Assembly (NCBI GenBank): GCA_963777955.1
Contig: CAVZSQ010000019.1
Coordinates: 192,001-256,000 of the forward strand
DNA: 64,000 nucleotides
Reading direction: 5' to 3'
Origin: Calditrichia bacterium
Lineage (GTDB): Bacteria > Calditrichota > Calditrichia > JAJRVZ01
Shown: piece after piece, positions 42,063 to 52,577 of the stretch
How positions within the stretch are numbered: position 1 is the stretch's first letter
Layout: every line of letters starts with the position of its first letter
Translations under genes and position numbers: made by a program
The notes under the pieces: generated by a model
The model's input: only the letters and a program-made list of their open reading frames with translations
Told to the model about the DNA's origin: nothing
Databases searched by the model: none

Positions 42063-42279
42063 GATTTTTTCCCCTATATTAGGTTATATTTTTTTGAATT
42101 TTTTTAAAAGAGCTGATTCAATGCGATATTTATTCGTATACAAGGTCACATGTCTACTCCCTAGAAAGCATATCTGAATATTACAGGGAAATTAAAAATC
42201 TCTTCCGTCCTTCACTACAAAATAATATAGACATATAAATTTATCATGACAATCACAATTTAGAATGAAATCATATTGA

Positions 42280-42906
42280 TTACCTGTACAACCCCCCGGT
42301 CTGTTCCATCCAGCCGGCTATTGTTTCCACTGCCCGAGAGATATTATTATCCGAGACATCCAGAATCAGCGCCGGCAAAACCGACTCTGCCAGCAGTTTT
42401 CGCAGCAAATCCTGCTCAGCACTAAATTTATCCAGATCATCATATTGCGCCGGTTTACCCGATACTTTAATCCGTTTCTTCCGGGCTGCAGCAAATGATT
42501 CCGGCCGGCGGGTACATAAAACCACTCTGAAACCAAGCGGCAGCAATCGCTCTTCCAGCCAACTAAAATCGTACTTCTTCTGGTAGACCATTAACTGATA
42601 CATCCGCGTGGACAGATGAAAGCGGTCCACAATCCAGGAATAATAAGGCAGCAATTCGAACAAATGCAGCCAGGTGCGGTAAGTTTCCATGGCCCGTTCT
42701 TCTTCTGCCGGCTCAAAATTGATCAAGCCCCGGCCCCAGGGGAAATTGGTAAAAGCACACCATTCAGCAGAAATCAAGGGTGAGTGGTAGCGGTACTTGC
42801 GCGGACCCACAATACGCGGATGTTCGTTCAGGGCAAAAGCGATTTCGGTTTTAAAAGTCAGACGGGTCCCTTCCAGTATTATTTTTGGACAAAGTTTTGC
42901 CGGCAT
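42280..42906 (-). CDS. Hypothetical protein, NMP/dNK-kinase-like fold with degenerate P-loop
   Basis: IILEGTRLTFKT (Walker A-like, G replaced by F) and WIVDRFHLS. Confidence 0.6.
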   Translation of the reverse strand: MPAKLCPKIILEGTRLTFKTEIAFALNEHPRIVGPRKYRYHSPLISAEWCAFTNFPWGRGLINFEPAEEERAMETYRTWLHLFELLPYYSWIVDRFHLSTRMYQLMVYQKKYDFSWLEERLLPLGFRVVLCTRRPESFAAARKKRIKVSGKPAQYDDLDKFSAEQDLLRKLLAESVLPALILDVSDNNISRAVETIAGWMEQTGGLYR

Positions 42907-43251
42907 TTGCTGATCCTGAGTTTTTGTTTTAATCTGCTGATTAGATTAAAATTATACATTATAGCCTGTACATGCAATAAGTCGATTTTCGACGCTTGCA
43001 CCAGGGATGATTATACGTACCTTTTTCAAGTATCAATCAAATTTTCTTTTTATATTTCTATTTCATAAAAGAAACATAAATACCAGGGATCTCGTACAAG
43101 TTTGTACCATAAGTAGTACCCATTATCAGAATTAAATAAAATGATGAAATAAAACCCTGTTGAGGAGGGTTATTAGTTAGCGTATGCAACATATTTGACT
43201 GGATACTAACTATGATTAACGGCTTACTAACACACTACAGGAGGATTTTAT

Positions 43252-46008
43252 ATGCGTCATCGATTAATTACGTGGCGGGTGCTGTTTCTGCTAATACTTC
43301 TGCCCGTCGTGCTCATCGGCCAGGGGAATAAGATGAGCGGAAATCTGCTGATTGACATCCCCTACCAGAAATTTGTGCTGGATAACGGGCTGACCGTGAT
43401 CATACACGAAGATCACAAAGCACCCATTGTTGCTGTAAATGTCTGGTATCATGTAGGTTCTAAAAATGAAAAGGCAGGCAAGAGCGGTTTTGCCCACCTG
43501 TTTGAACACCTGATGTTTAACGGCAGCGAGAACTTTAATCAGGACTATTTCCAGGCCATGGAACGGGTTGGTGCCACCGATCTGAATGGTACCACTAATG
43601 AGGATCGCACCAATTATTTTCAAAACGTACCGGTCTCCGCTTTCGAACTGGCTTTGTGGATGGAATCGGATCGGATGGGACACCTGCTGGGAGCTGTAGA
43701 CCAGGCAAAACTGGATGAGCAGCGCGGTGTGGTTCAAAATGAGAAACGCCAGTATGAGAACGAGCCGTACTCGATCTCCGAAGAATTAATTACCAAGGCC
43801 GTTTGGCCGGCCGGGCATCCCTATGCCCATACTGTTATCGGATCGATGGAAGATCTGACCGCTGCCTCGATGTCCGATGTACAGGAATGGTTCCGTACCT
43901 ATTATGGTCCGGCCAACTCGGTCCTGACCATTGCTGGTGATGTACAGCCCCAGGCGGCACTGGAACTGGTCAAAAAATATTTCGGCGATATTCCTTCCGG
44001 TCCCCCGGTGGCCAGATTCGCTTCCTGGATCAACAAACGCACCGGCACTATTCGCCAGCAGGCACAGGACCGTGTGCCTCAGGCCAAGTTATATCAAGTC
44101 TGGAACATCCCTGGCTGGGGAACCGCCGGTGCCTGTCACCTGGACCTGATCAGCGATGTACTATCCGTGGGAAAATCATCCCGCCTGTATAAACGGTTAG
44201 TATATGACGAACAGATTGCGACCAATGTCGCCGCATACATTGATATCAGAGAAATCGCCGGATTATTCATCATCGAGACAACTGCCAAACGCGGTGAAGG
44301 TCTAGATAAGATCGAACAAGCGATCAATGAAGAACTGGCAAAATTTATAAAAGCTGGACCTACAGCGGAAGAACTGGATAGGGCAAAAACCGCTTATGAA
44401 GCTAATTTTATTCGCGGTATCGAGCGCATCGGTGGTTTTGGCGGGAAATCGGATATTCTGGCCCAGAATCAAGTTTACGGCGGCATACCGGATTATTACA
44501 AAACTACCTTGAACAGGGTCAAGACACTCACGGTCAAAGACCTGCAGCAGACTGCTGCCGAATGGTTGGCCGACGGAGTTTATAACCTGGAGATACATTC
44601 GTTCCCGGAATATAGCAATAACTCCACTGACAGCACCCTGCGTAAAAATATGCCCACGGTGGGTGAATCACCAATGGCCAAATTCCCGGCGATGCAGAAG
44701 GGTGCCTTGAGCAACGGTCTAAAAATTATCCTGGTAAAACGTCCAGCTGTACCGCTTATTAATTTCAGCATGCTCTTCGATGCCGGTTATGCGGCCGATC
44801 AACTGGCCACACCGGGTACAGCCAATCTGGCTATGAATATGATGGATGAGGGGACTAAAACCCGCTCCGCCCTCCAGATCAGCGATGAGTTACAAAAACT
44901 AGGCGCCACTTTGAGCACAGGATCCAATCTGGACATGTCACGTGTTTTCATGTCGGCACTTAAATCCAAACTGGAACCATCACTGGCCCTGTATGCCGAC
45001 GTTATTCTAAATCCCTCATTTCCACAACAGGACCTGGAGCGGCTGAAAACACAAACAATTGCCGGGATTCAGCGTGAAAAGGCTGAACCGATGACCATGG
45101 GCTTCCGGGTATTACCGACATTATTATATAGCCAGGAGCATGCTTATGGCACACCTTTCACCGGTTCCGGATTCGAAGCGACCGTGGCCAAGTTGACCCG
45201 TGAGGACGTTGTGAAGTTTCATCAGAACTGGATTAAACCGAATAATGCGACTTTAATCATCGTCGGCGATGCCACCCTGGCCGAAGTTCAACCTGTACTG
45301 GAAAAAGTTTTTGCATCCTGGAAACCGGGTGAAGTTCCCAGTAAAAACATCACGGATGTAGCTCAGAAAAAATCACAGGTATACATTATGGATAAACCCG
45401 GTTCGCCGCAATCGGTTGTTTTTGCCGGATTCGTTACATTACCCCAGAACAATCCTGATGAAATTGCCATTCAGGCGCTGAATACCCTGCTGGGTGGCTC
45501 ATTTACCTCACGGATTAACATGAACCTGCGTGAAAACAAGCATTGGTCCTATGGTGCCCGTTCGATGGTTGTCCAGGCTACAGCCCAACGTCCTTTCTTC
45601 GTTTTTGCGCCGATACAATCCGATAAAACGAAAGAATCGATGATCGAGATCGACAAGGAATTGCATGAGATTCTGACTAATCGTCCAGCCAGCACAGAAG
45701 AAGTAAGCAAAGTAAAAAATAATTTAAGTTTGCGTCTGCCGGGACAATGGGAAACCAATAACAGCGTGGGCAATTCGGTGGAAAATATCGTGCGGTTTAA
45801 ATTAGCCGACGATTATTACGATAAATATGCACAGGCTGTACGCTCCCTCTCCACCAGCGAAGTAGGTACAGCAGCACAAAAACTATTGCACGCGGACAAT
45901 ATTATCTGGGTAATAGTCGGCGATAAAGCCAAGATTGAATCCGGTATCCGTGAATTGAATTATGGTGAAGTAAAATACCTTGACGGCGATGGTAAGGTGA
46001 TGCAGTAG
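43252..46008 (+). CDS. M16 family zinc protease (PqqL-like, fused halves)
   Basis: SGFAHLFEHLMFNGS (HxxEH), NGTT..DRTNY, SRINMNLRE.K.WSYG. Confidence 0.95.
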   Translation: MRHRLITWRVLFLLILLPVVLIGQGNKMSGNLLIDIPYQKFVLDNGLTVIIHEDHKAPIVAVNVWYHVGSKNEKAGKSGFAHLFEHLMFNGSENFNQDYFQAMERVGATDLNGTTNEDRTNYFQNVPVSAFELALWMESDRMGHLLGAVDQAKLDEQRGVVQNEKRQYENEPYSISEELITKAVWPAGHPYAHTVIGSMEDLTAASMSDVQEWFRTYYGPANSVLTIAGDVQPQAALELVKKYFGDIPSGPPVARFASWINKRTGTIRQQAQDRVPQAKLYQVWNIPGWGTAGACHLDLISDVLSVGKSSRLYKRLVYDEQIATNVAAYIDIREIAGLFIIETTAKRGEGLDKIEQAINEELAKFIKAGPTAEELDRAKTAYEANFIRGIERIGGFGGKSDILAQNQVYGGIPDYYKTTLNRVKTLTVKDLQQTAAEWLADGVYNLEIHSFPEYSNNSTDSTLRKNMPTVGESPMAKFPAMQKGALSNGLKIILVKRPAVPLINFSMLFDAGYAADQLATPGTANLAMNMMDEGTKTRSALQISDELQKLGATLSTGSNLDMSRVFMSALKSKLEPSLALYADVILNPSFPQQDLERLKTQTIAGIQREKAEPMTMGFRVLPTLLYSQEHAYGTPFTGSGFEATVAKLTREDVVKFHQNWIKPNNATLIIVGDATLAEVQPVLEKVFASWKPGEVPSKNITDVAQKKSQVYIMDKPGSPQSVVFAGFVTLPQNNPDEIAIQALNTLLGGSFTSRINMNLRENKHWSYGARSMVVQATAQRPFFVFAPIQSDKTKESMIEIDKELHEILTNRPASTEEVSKVKNNLSLRLPGQWETNNSVGNSVENIVRFKLADDYYDKYAQAVRSLSTSEVGTAAQKLLHADNIIWVIVGDKAKIESGIRELNYGEVKYLDGDGKVMQ

Positions 46009-46033
46009 GTTTATGCTTTAAATAATGAAGGTT

Positions 46034-46256
46034 AAAGGCCAAAGGTTAAAGGGTAAAGAAATCTATTTTATCTTTACCTTTTTACCTTTGGCTTTTATTT
46101 AAGATTCCTGTCAGCGTACGATTAAGCGAGCCACGTGCTAGCTGGAATTACATTGTTGCCTTTACCCTTTATCCTTTTCCCTTTCTTTGTGCCTCTGTGC
46201 CTGCCTTACGGCAGGTCTCCGATCTGTCTAACGCCAGATCTCCGACCTTTGTGCCT
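46034..46256. repeat. Heptamer-repeat hairpin and short degenerate repeats between convergent genes
   Basis: 46034-46059 and 46071-46096 are 23/26 inverted copies built from AAAGGNN units; further TTTACCC/TTTATCC and TTTGTGCC units; CCTGCC-TTAC-GGCAGG hairpin. Confidence 0.65.
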
Positions 46257-46258
46257 TA

Positions 46259-47743
46259 TTACTCAATATACTGCTCCAGCACTCTGATAATCCCCTGTTC
46301 ACATACCTTACAGTAGGGTTTTGTGCCCTTGGAGAACATGATACAATCCAGCATGGGGCGGTACAAACCCGTGGTTGAATAGCCGGCCCCTTCAAAAGCG
46401 CCAACCATACCGTTATATTTGCTGTTTTTTAGAAAGGTATCCAGCTGTGCGGTAAGAGTACGGTCTATATTTTTGCTTTGAGCCTGAAGTTCTTTGATTT
46501 TAGCGGCATTCAGGGTGCTATCCTTTTTCAATTCCGTTATTTCTTTATTCAACTGGCGCCGTTTTGCCACCCAGGCCTGGCCCAGGGAATCGTACCCGGC
46601 CTTCTCCCAGGGTGTGGGCAGGGCGATAGCGGGGGTCATGAAGTTTTTCCACTTCAGTTTATTCGGATCCAATAATGCCGTGATATTATAATCGATCGGC
46701 TCCACCCCTTTTGGATAAAAGTCATTATAAGCAACATCCGAACTGTAATATTCGTCGGCCAGGCCGCCAAAGGAATGTCCGAATTCATGCAGAAACACAT
46801 ATTCAGTCCACTGGTTATCAGTGGTAAAAGTACAATAAAGATTGTAAATACCTCCGCCGCCGTAGCGCGTATGATTAACCATGATGACAATGGCCTCATA
46901 GGGGACAGCTGCGGCCAGATCGCGTATCGACTTGTTATCTTCAGTCAGCATATACCGTTCCAAACCAAGTGAATGGAAAGTAGTGCTTAAGACCGTTCTT
47001 TTAAAAACTCCGGCACCCGGTTCATCCACACCGCTTTCCAATGACGGCTTAAAAATACCATAAATGTTGAATTTATCTTTCAGGGATTTATAGGGTGGCT
47101 GGTTAAGAAATAACTGCGTCACTCGTTTCAGATCGGTTTTATATTTATCCTCTTCATCAGCAGTATATCCCTCGGCCAGGATAACGATATCCGCTTTACT
47201 GTGCGGATCGCCGCTGTAATTACTGTTCATGACCTTAACCGAACGATCAGTGAAATTCTCCCGGATAATATAAATATTATGCGGATCGATTTCGGTCGCA
47301 AATAATTCATGTAACTGATTCATCCGATCGCGCCCTTCCAGTACGAAACGTACCTTATTCCTGGGCATGGGGATCAGCACGGACTCATGGTAGGTTCTCG
47401 CTGTGCATTGCAGGGCCGGATCGCTGGTTTTATACTCGCCGAAATAACTATCGAATCCCCGCGAGAAAATCAACTTATTTGTGGCCAGATCATAAATTTT
47501 AACGCAATACCGGCCGAGGTTTAATGGGTCAATAAGCCGGGTCCGGCTTCCCGCCCAGATACCATAGCGGTAACAATGATCCAGGGTGATCATTTCATGT
47601 TTTGCATCACCGCTGTGAAAATAATCGATGCGCAGGGTCTGGTCAGTAAAAAACTGAGCAAAGTTTAACGATGCCGGTACCTGGGCCTGCAAAAATAAAG
47701 GCAGAATTAGAAGTACATAAACGATGCTTTTTAATAATCTCAT
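46259..47743 (-). CDS. Peptidase M64 (IgA peptidase-like)
   Basis: LAEGYT, YGGGGIYN, HEFGHSFGGLADEY, FEGAGY...GLYRP..DCIM, CKVC. Confidence 0.93.
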   Translation of the reverse strand: MRLLKSIVYVLLILPLFLQAQVPASLNFAQFFTDQTLRIDYFHSGDAKHEMITLDHCYRYGIWAGSRTRLIDPLNLGRYCVKIYDLATNKLIFSRGFDSYFGEYKTSDPALQCTARTYHESVLIPMPRNKVRFVLEGRDRMNQLHELFATEIDPHNIYIIRENFTDRSVKVMNSNYSGDPHSKADIVILAEGYTADEEDKYKTDLKRVTQLFLNQPPYKSLKDKFNIYGIFKPSLESGVDEPGAGVFKRTVLSTTFHSLGLERYMLTEDNKSIRDLAAAVPYEAIVIMVNHTRYGGGGIYNLYCTFTTDNQWTEYVFLHEFGHSFGGLADEYYSSDVAYNDFYPKGVEPIDYNITALLDPNKLKWKNFMTPAIALPTPWEKAGYDSLGQAWVAKRRQLNKEITELKKDSTLNAAKIKELQAQSKNIDRTLTAQLDTFLKNSKYNGMVGAFEGAGYSTTGLYRPMLDCIMFSKGTKPYCKVCEQGIIRVLEQYIE

Positions 47744-47756
47744 AAATCTCCCCTTT

Positions 47757-48659
47757 TTATTTTTCTTTAAGCAATGATTCCCTGGCTTTAATCAATTCCT
47801 GTTTTTGCTTTTTGGATAATTGCGGGTAGTGCAGTTTCAAATCAGCGATAGTCGAAACCAGAATATCCGCTACCAGGGCCCTGGTTATCCATTTGTGATC
47901 GGCTGGAATCACATACCAGGGCGCCCAGCTGCTGGAGGTTTCATTGAGCATCTCTTCGTAGGCTGACATATATTTGCTCCACAGTCCACGCTCGGCCACA
48001 TCCGCAGCAGAAAACTTCCAGTTTTTCTCCGGATTTTCTAAACGCTCCAGAAACCGTTTCTTCTGTTCTTTTTTTGATACATGCAAAAAGAATTTAAGCA
48101 CAATAATGCCATTACGTACCAGGTGCCGTTCAAAAGCATTGATGTCATTGAAACGGTTCTGCCAGAAAGACCTGCGGTTTTCTCCGGAAGGTAGTTTCTG
48201 GGCAACCAGCCATTCCGGGTGCACCCGTACTACCAGCACCTCTTCGTAATAGGATCGGTTGAAAATACCTACGCGGCCGCGTTCCGGGAGGGCTTTCATA
48301 CAACGCCATAAAAAGTTATGATCCAATTCCTCGGCTGACGGTTGTTTAAAACTGAATACCTGGCAGCCCTGGGGATTCAGACCTGACATCACATGTTTAA
48401 TGGTGCTGTCTTTGCCGGCCCCATCCATCGCCTGCAGAATCACCAGCACAGAATAGTTATCACTGGCGTAAAGCAGATCCTGTGCTTCAGCCAGAGCCAG
48501 CAGATCCTTTTCCAGGACTTCTTTTAACTTTTCTTTTAATGCCGCTTTATTCTTCGGCCGCATTTCAGCGTGATTTACAAAATCGGTAGGAAAATCTTTT
48601 AATTTAATCTTTTCAGCGGGAGAGATCTGTACTGCCTGAATGATTTTTTTTGAAAACAT
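47757..48659 (-). CDS. ppk2: Polyphosphate kinase 2 family protein
   Basis: QAMDGAGKD, FNRSYYEEVL, KFFLHVSK.EQ, WKFS..D, APWYVIPAD.KW; likely start 48659. Confidence 0.93.
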   Translation of the reverse strand: MFSKKIIQAVQISPAEKIKLKDFPTDFVNHAEMRPKNKAALKEKLKEVLEKDLLALAEAQDLLYASDNYSVLVILQAMDGAGKDSTIKHVMSGLNPQGCQVFSFKQPSAEELDHNFLWRCMKALPERGRVGIFNRSYYEEVLVVRVHPEWLVAQKLPSGENRRSFWQNRFNDINAFERHLVRNGIIVLKFFLHVSKKEQKKRFLERLENPEKNWKFSAADVAERGLWSKYMSAYEEMLNETSSSWAPWYVIPADHKWITRALVADILVSTIADLKLHYPQLSKKQKQELIKARESLLKEK

Positions 48660-48844
48660 CTTTAACCCCTTTTGTATTAAAACTTTCTGACTTACCTTAC
48701 ATATAAACATATCCACTCCGCCCGGAAGCGGATTGCCCAAGTACAGTAAAGATAAGAATTTTGATGATTTCATGAAATAAAAGTATTAATATTAAAGTTT
48801 GTTAAATAGTATATCTGTCATTTTAATAAACAAAGGAGAAAGTG

Positions 48845-49682
48845 ATGAACACATTTTTCAGGATTGGTTTCGTATTCTTATTAACGCTTATTTTGTTAAC
48901 CAACAACAGCCCGGCTCAGACCAGAAATGTGCAGGTCAGTCCGGCTGCTACCGCGGTACAGACCGTCGGAATAACCGATATCACGGTTACCTACCATCGT
49001 CCTGGTGTCAAAGGACGCGTGATCTGGGGCGAACTGGTTCCTTACGATCAGATCTGGCGGACCGGTGCCAATAATGCCACCACGATCGAATTTTCGACCG
49101 AGGTAACCGTCGCCGGGACCAAGATTGCTGCCGGCAAATACAGTCTGTTCACCATTCCTGCCCGTGAAGAGTGGACAATCATCATTAATAAAAACACTAC
49201 CCTGTCGGGAACAGACGGTTACAAGCAGGAAGAGGATGTCGTGCGCTTCAAAATAAAACCACAGGCAACAGAGCATCAGGAATGGATGATGTTTACTTTC
49301 GAAAACCTGTCAAAGAGTTCCGCTGATCTGGTGCTATGCTGGGAAAAAATGAAGGTGGCTTTCACTATTAATGTAAATACAGATGACCTGGTTCTAAAAG
49401 GTTTTAAAACAGATCTTGGCTGGCAATCTGCTTCCCGCGCTGCCTCTTATTGCCTGGACAATAATGTTGCCCTGGAAGACGGCAAAAAATGGATTGATCA
49501 GTCACTGGCCGTGGAAAGAAATTACTGGAACCTGACCCTCAAGGCCAGATATCAGGCCCTGGACAAAAATAACAAGGCAGCAGCAGAGACCATGCAGGAA
49601 GCACTTGACCTGGGACAAAAAATGGAAAGAAAACCATGGAATTTAGATGCAGATGGAAAAATTACTTAAGGAATGGAAATAG
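48845..49682 (+). CDS. DUF2911 domain protein (+1 frameshift near 49640)
   Basis: SPAA...Q.VG.TDI.V.YHRP.VKGR.IWG.LVPY..IWRTGAN; shifted end QMEKLLKEWK*. Confidence 0.88.
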
Positions 49683-49700
49683 CAAAGTATAATATAGAAT

Positions 49701-49741
49701 TCTTTATAACTTGCCTGCCAATCGCAGGCAAGTTATAAAGA
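49701..49741. terminator. Perfect 18-bp inverted repeat, likely bidirectional terminator
   Basis: TCTTTATAACTTGCCTGC-CAATC-GCAGGCAAGTTATAAAGA between convergent genes. Confidence 0.75.
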
Positions 49742-49742
49742 T

Positions 49743-50580
49743 CTATGGTACTCTCAGTCGGCGAAGCTATAAGCGAATCCGGGGGCATTGAAATTTTTAC
49801 TCTTATCGTATCCAGACCGGGCACGACCACTTCAACTCCAGGCAGAATATTAATTCTTGTACGCGGTACTTTTAAAACCATCATACTATCCTGAAGTACT
49901 TTCATTTGATCTCTTAATTCCTGTTCATAATTATCCTTCCAGACCAGCCATTTTTGTTTCTCCAGTTCTTTAAGCACTTTGACCATCTCCCGATCCGAGT
50001 TACGTAACAGCTCCATGCGCAACTGACTGTCGATAATCACCTGCAGATTGGAATCGTACTGGAAGAGCCGGCGATTGACTAACTCTTTTTGCTTTTCTTT
50101 TTCTTTTAAATTCTTTTCAAAGATATATACCTTTTTTAAATGATCCCCCAATTCCTGCCATTTTTTTCCGTCTTCAGGAGAAGGTAGATATGTATCCGGA
50201 TCCGGCTGCCCTTGATTTACTGTTATTTTAGTTTCACCCGGTATTGGTATATTCAAGGCTAATTGCATAGTTTCTTTGACTTTATGCAAGCGCAAACTAT
50301 CCTCAAGATTTTCCACATTTAAAATCTCTGCTGCCAGTTTTTCTACCTGACCCGGCGTAACTTTTTTCTCTTCAACTTGCTGTTTGAACTGATCATAAAG
50401 TTGGGTTAATTCTTCTTTATTCTTATTTTCAGGGATCACCGCCATTAACTTACTGCCGAGGAAATCCAGGTAATGATTAATGTTTTCAGTATCGATCTTT
50501 TGCACGATAAAATAAATACTCATACTGAAAATAAAGATCAAACAGATAGCCAGGGTAATATTATTCAGGTTTTTTTTCAT
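49743..50580 (-). CDS. Hypothetical membrane-anchored protein (as assembled the ORF runs to 49666; true stop probably 49743)
   Basis: N-terminal TM helix, charged helical body; a +1-frame TAG at 49743-49745 abuts the 18-bp IR. Confidence 0.6.
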
Positions 50581-50909
50581 GATTGCTCCTGCCACAAACC
50601 AGCAAGAAAATCGGAATTAATAATTATTACTTTATTTGTATAAAAAGTATTCTAAGCCAATAAACGTGAATAAAGCATAAATGTTTCAGATTTATCTTAA
50701 ATTATAAAGTCTGTTAAGGCAATTAATAAATCCGAATTTTATGAATTGATTCTGTTTAATTAAAATCGTATATATATTTGAGTTTTCAACCAACATATGA
50801 AAGACAACCGGGTTAAACCAGGGTGAGGGCGATTAAAAACATAAAATGAATCTGCCGGCCGTATTTTTTAACATTACTGCCTCAGATCATATTAACACAG
50901 GACAGCAAC

Positions 50910-51605
50910 ATGGACGAACCAAAAAAAGCACAAAGAATCATCAATACGCTGACCGGTCCGTGGGAGAAAAAACACCTGCCATTGTGGGCCCAGGCCTTAC
51001 CACCATGGATAAATTCTGATCACCTGACCATCCTGGGAATTCTGGCCGGATTTATTATCGGTGCCGGTTATATATTATGCCGATACTCACATTGGTGGCT
51101 GCTGTTGACAAATTTCGGATTACTGGTACACTGGTATGCCGATAGTCTGGATGGGACACTGGCCCGCATCCGGCATAAGGAGCGGGAACGTTACGGATAC
51201 TTCGTCGACCATATGAGTGATGCCTGGACTACACTTATACTCTGTGTTTCGATTGGTTTCTCTACTATGATGCAACTGGATATAGCATTGTTCGTGGCAA
51301 TCGGTTATCTGCTGATGATGGTTTATGCACACGTGCGCGCATATACGCATCATGATTTTGTATTATCCTACGGCCGCTTCGGACCTACTGAAGTACGGAT
51401 AGTAATCGCTCTGCTTAATTTCGTGCTCATTTTCTGGAATCCCGTCATATACCGGCAGGGATCAGAAGTACGCACCCTGCTGGATGCAGCAGGATTTACC
51501 ATAGGTTGTATTTTCATCATTATTTTTATGACTGTGGGTATCCGGGAAGCCATCAAACTTGACCGGCTGGACCGGGCTCATCATACGCCTGATCAGATCA
51601 ATTGA
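50910..51605 (+). CDS. CDP-alcohol phosphatidyltransferase family protein
   Basis: DSLDGTLAR...YGYFVDHMSD signature; GPTE.R. Confidence 0.9.
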   Translation: MDEPKKAQRIINTLTGPWEKKHLPLWAQALPPWINSDHLTILGILAGFIIGAGYILCRYSHWWLLLTNFGLLVHWYADSLDGTLARIRHKERERYGYFVDHMSDAWTTLILCVSIGFSTMMQLDIALFVAIGYLLMMVYAHVRAYTHHDFVLSYGRFGPTEVRIVIALLNFVLIFWNPVIYRQGSEVRTLLDAAGFTIGCIFIIIFMTVGIREAIKLDRLDRAHHTPDQIN

Positions 51606-51643
51606 TAGCCTTCCCTACCCTGACGTCAGAGTAAAACCTAATC

Positions 51644-52577
51644 ATGCAATTCAAAGATTATTATCAGATATTAGGCGTAGATAAAATAGCTACAGCGGCA
51701 GAGATACGCAAAGCTTATCGGAAATTAGCTGCCCAGTATCATCCTGACCGTAATCCGGGCAATACTGCATCCGCAGAAAAATTTAAGGAAATCAATGAAG
51801 CCAATGAAGTGCTCAGCGACCCGGAAAAACGAAAAAAGTACGATCGCTTCGGACAGAACTGGAAACACTACCAGGAATCCACACCCCCGCCACAGGGGGA
51901 TTTCAACTGGTCGGAAGCCTTCGGCCGGCAGCAGGGCTCAGACTGGGCAACCATTCGCTGATTTTGACATCAATGATCTTTTTGCCAGACGGGACAGTAA
52001 CGACTTCTTTGAAATGCTTTTTGGTTATTCGTTCGACAACACAACAAGACCAAGACCTTCCGGCAGGAAAGGACGGGATATTACTGCGGAGACAAAGATT
52101 TCTCTCGAAGAAGCCTATCATGGCACTACCAAACTTTTCCGCTTAAACGATCAGACACTGAAAGTGGCAATTCATCCCGGCATTAAAAACGGACAGGTAT
52201 TAAGGTTGAGCGGTAAAGGTGCAGCAGGCAGAACTGGAACAGCCGGAGATTTATATATAACTGTCAATATTGAAACACATCCCCGGTTCAGAAGAGAAGT
52301 CCATGATTTATTTACTGAAATTTCTGTCGATCTCTATTCAGCCATCCTTGGCGGGCAGGTGGATGTGGACACCTTTAAAGGTAAGGTTCTGCTGACCATA
52401 CCTCCCGGAACAGATAACGGTACTACTTTAAGACTCAGTGGTATGGGCATGCCCCAGTATGAACAACAGGACAGCTATGGTGATTTATATGTAAAAGTAT
52501 GGTTAGCTATTCCCCGTAATTTATCCGCGGAAGAAATAGACTTGTTTAAAAAACTCAATGCTTTACGAAGCCGGTAA
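51644..52577 (+). CDS. cbpA: DnaJ-class chaperone, CbpA-like (+1 frameshift near 51938)
   Basis: J-domain KDYY...YHPD; C-terminal [20 protein letters not shown]; no zinc finger. Confidence 0.85.

Noticed and set aside
35287..42906. Run of short, unrelated, co-oriented genes resembling an integron cassette array
   Set aside because: No integrase, and no recurring attC-like RYYYAAC...GTTRRRY structures in the spacers I examined; only two REP-like palindromes
50600..50909. Possible riboswitch upstream of the CDP-alcohol phosphatidyltransferase (also considered 43070-43250 and 55200-55530)
   Set aside because: Only weak hairpins and no recognisable aptamer consensus by eye; an Infernal/Rfam scan would be needed
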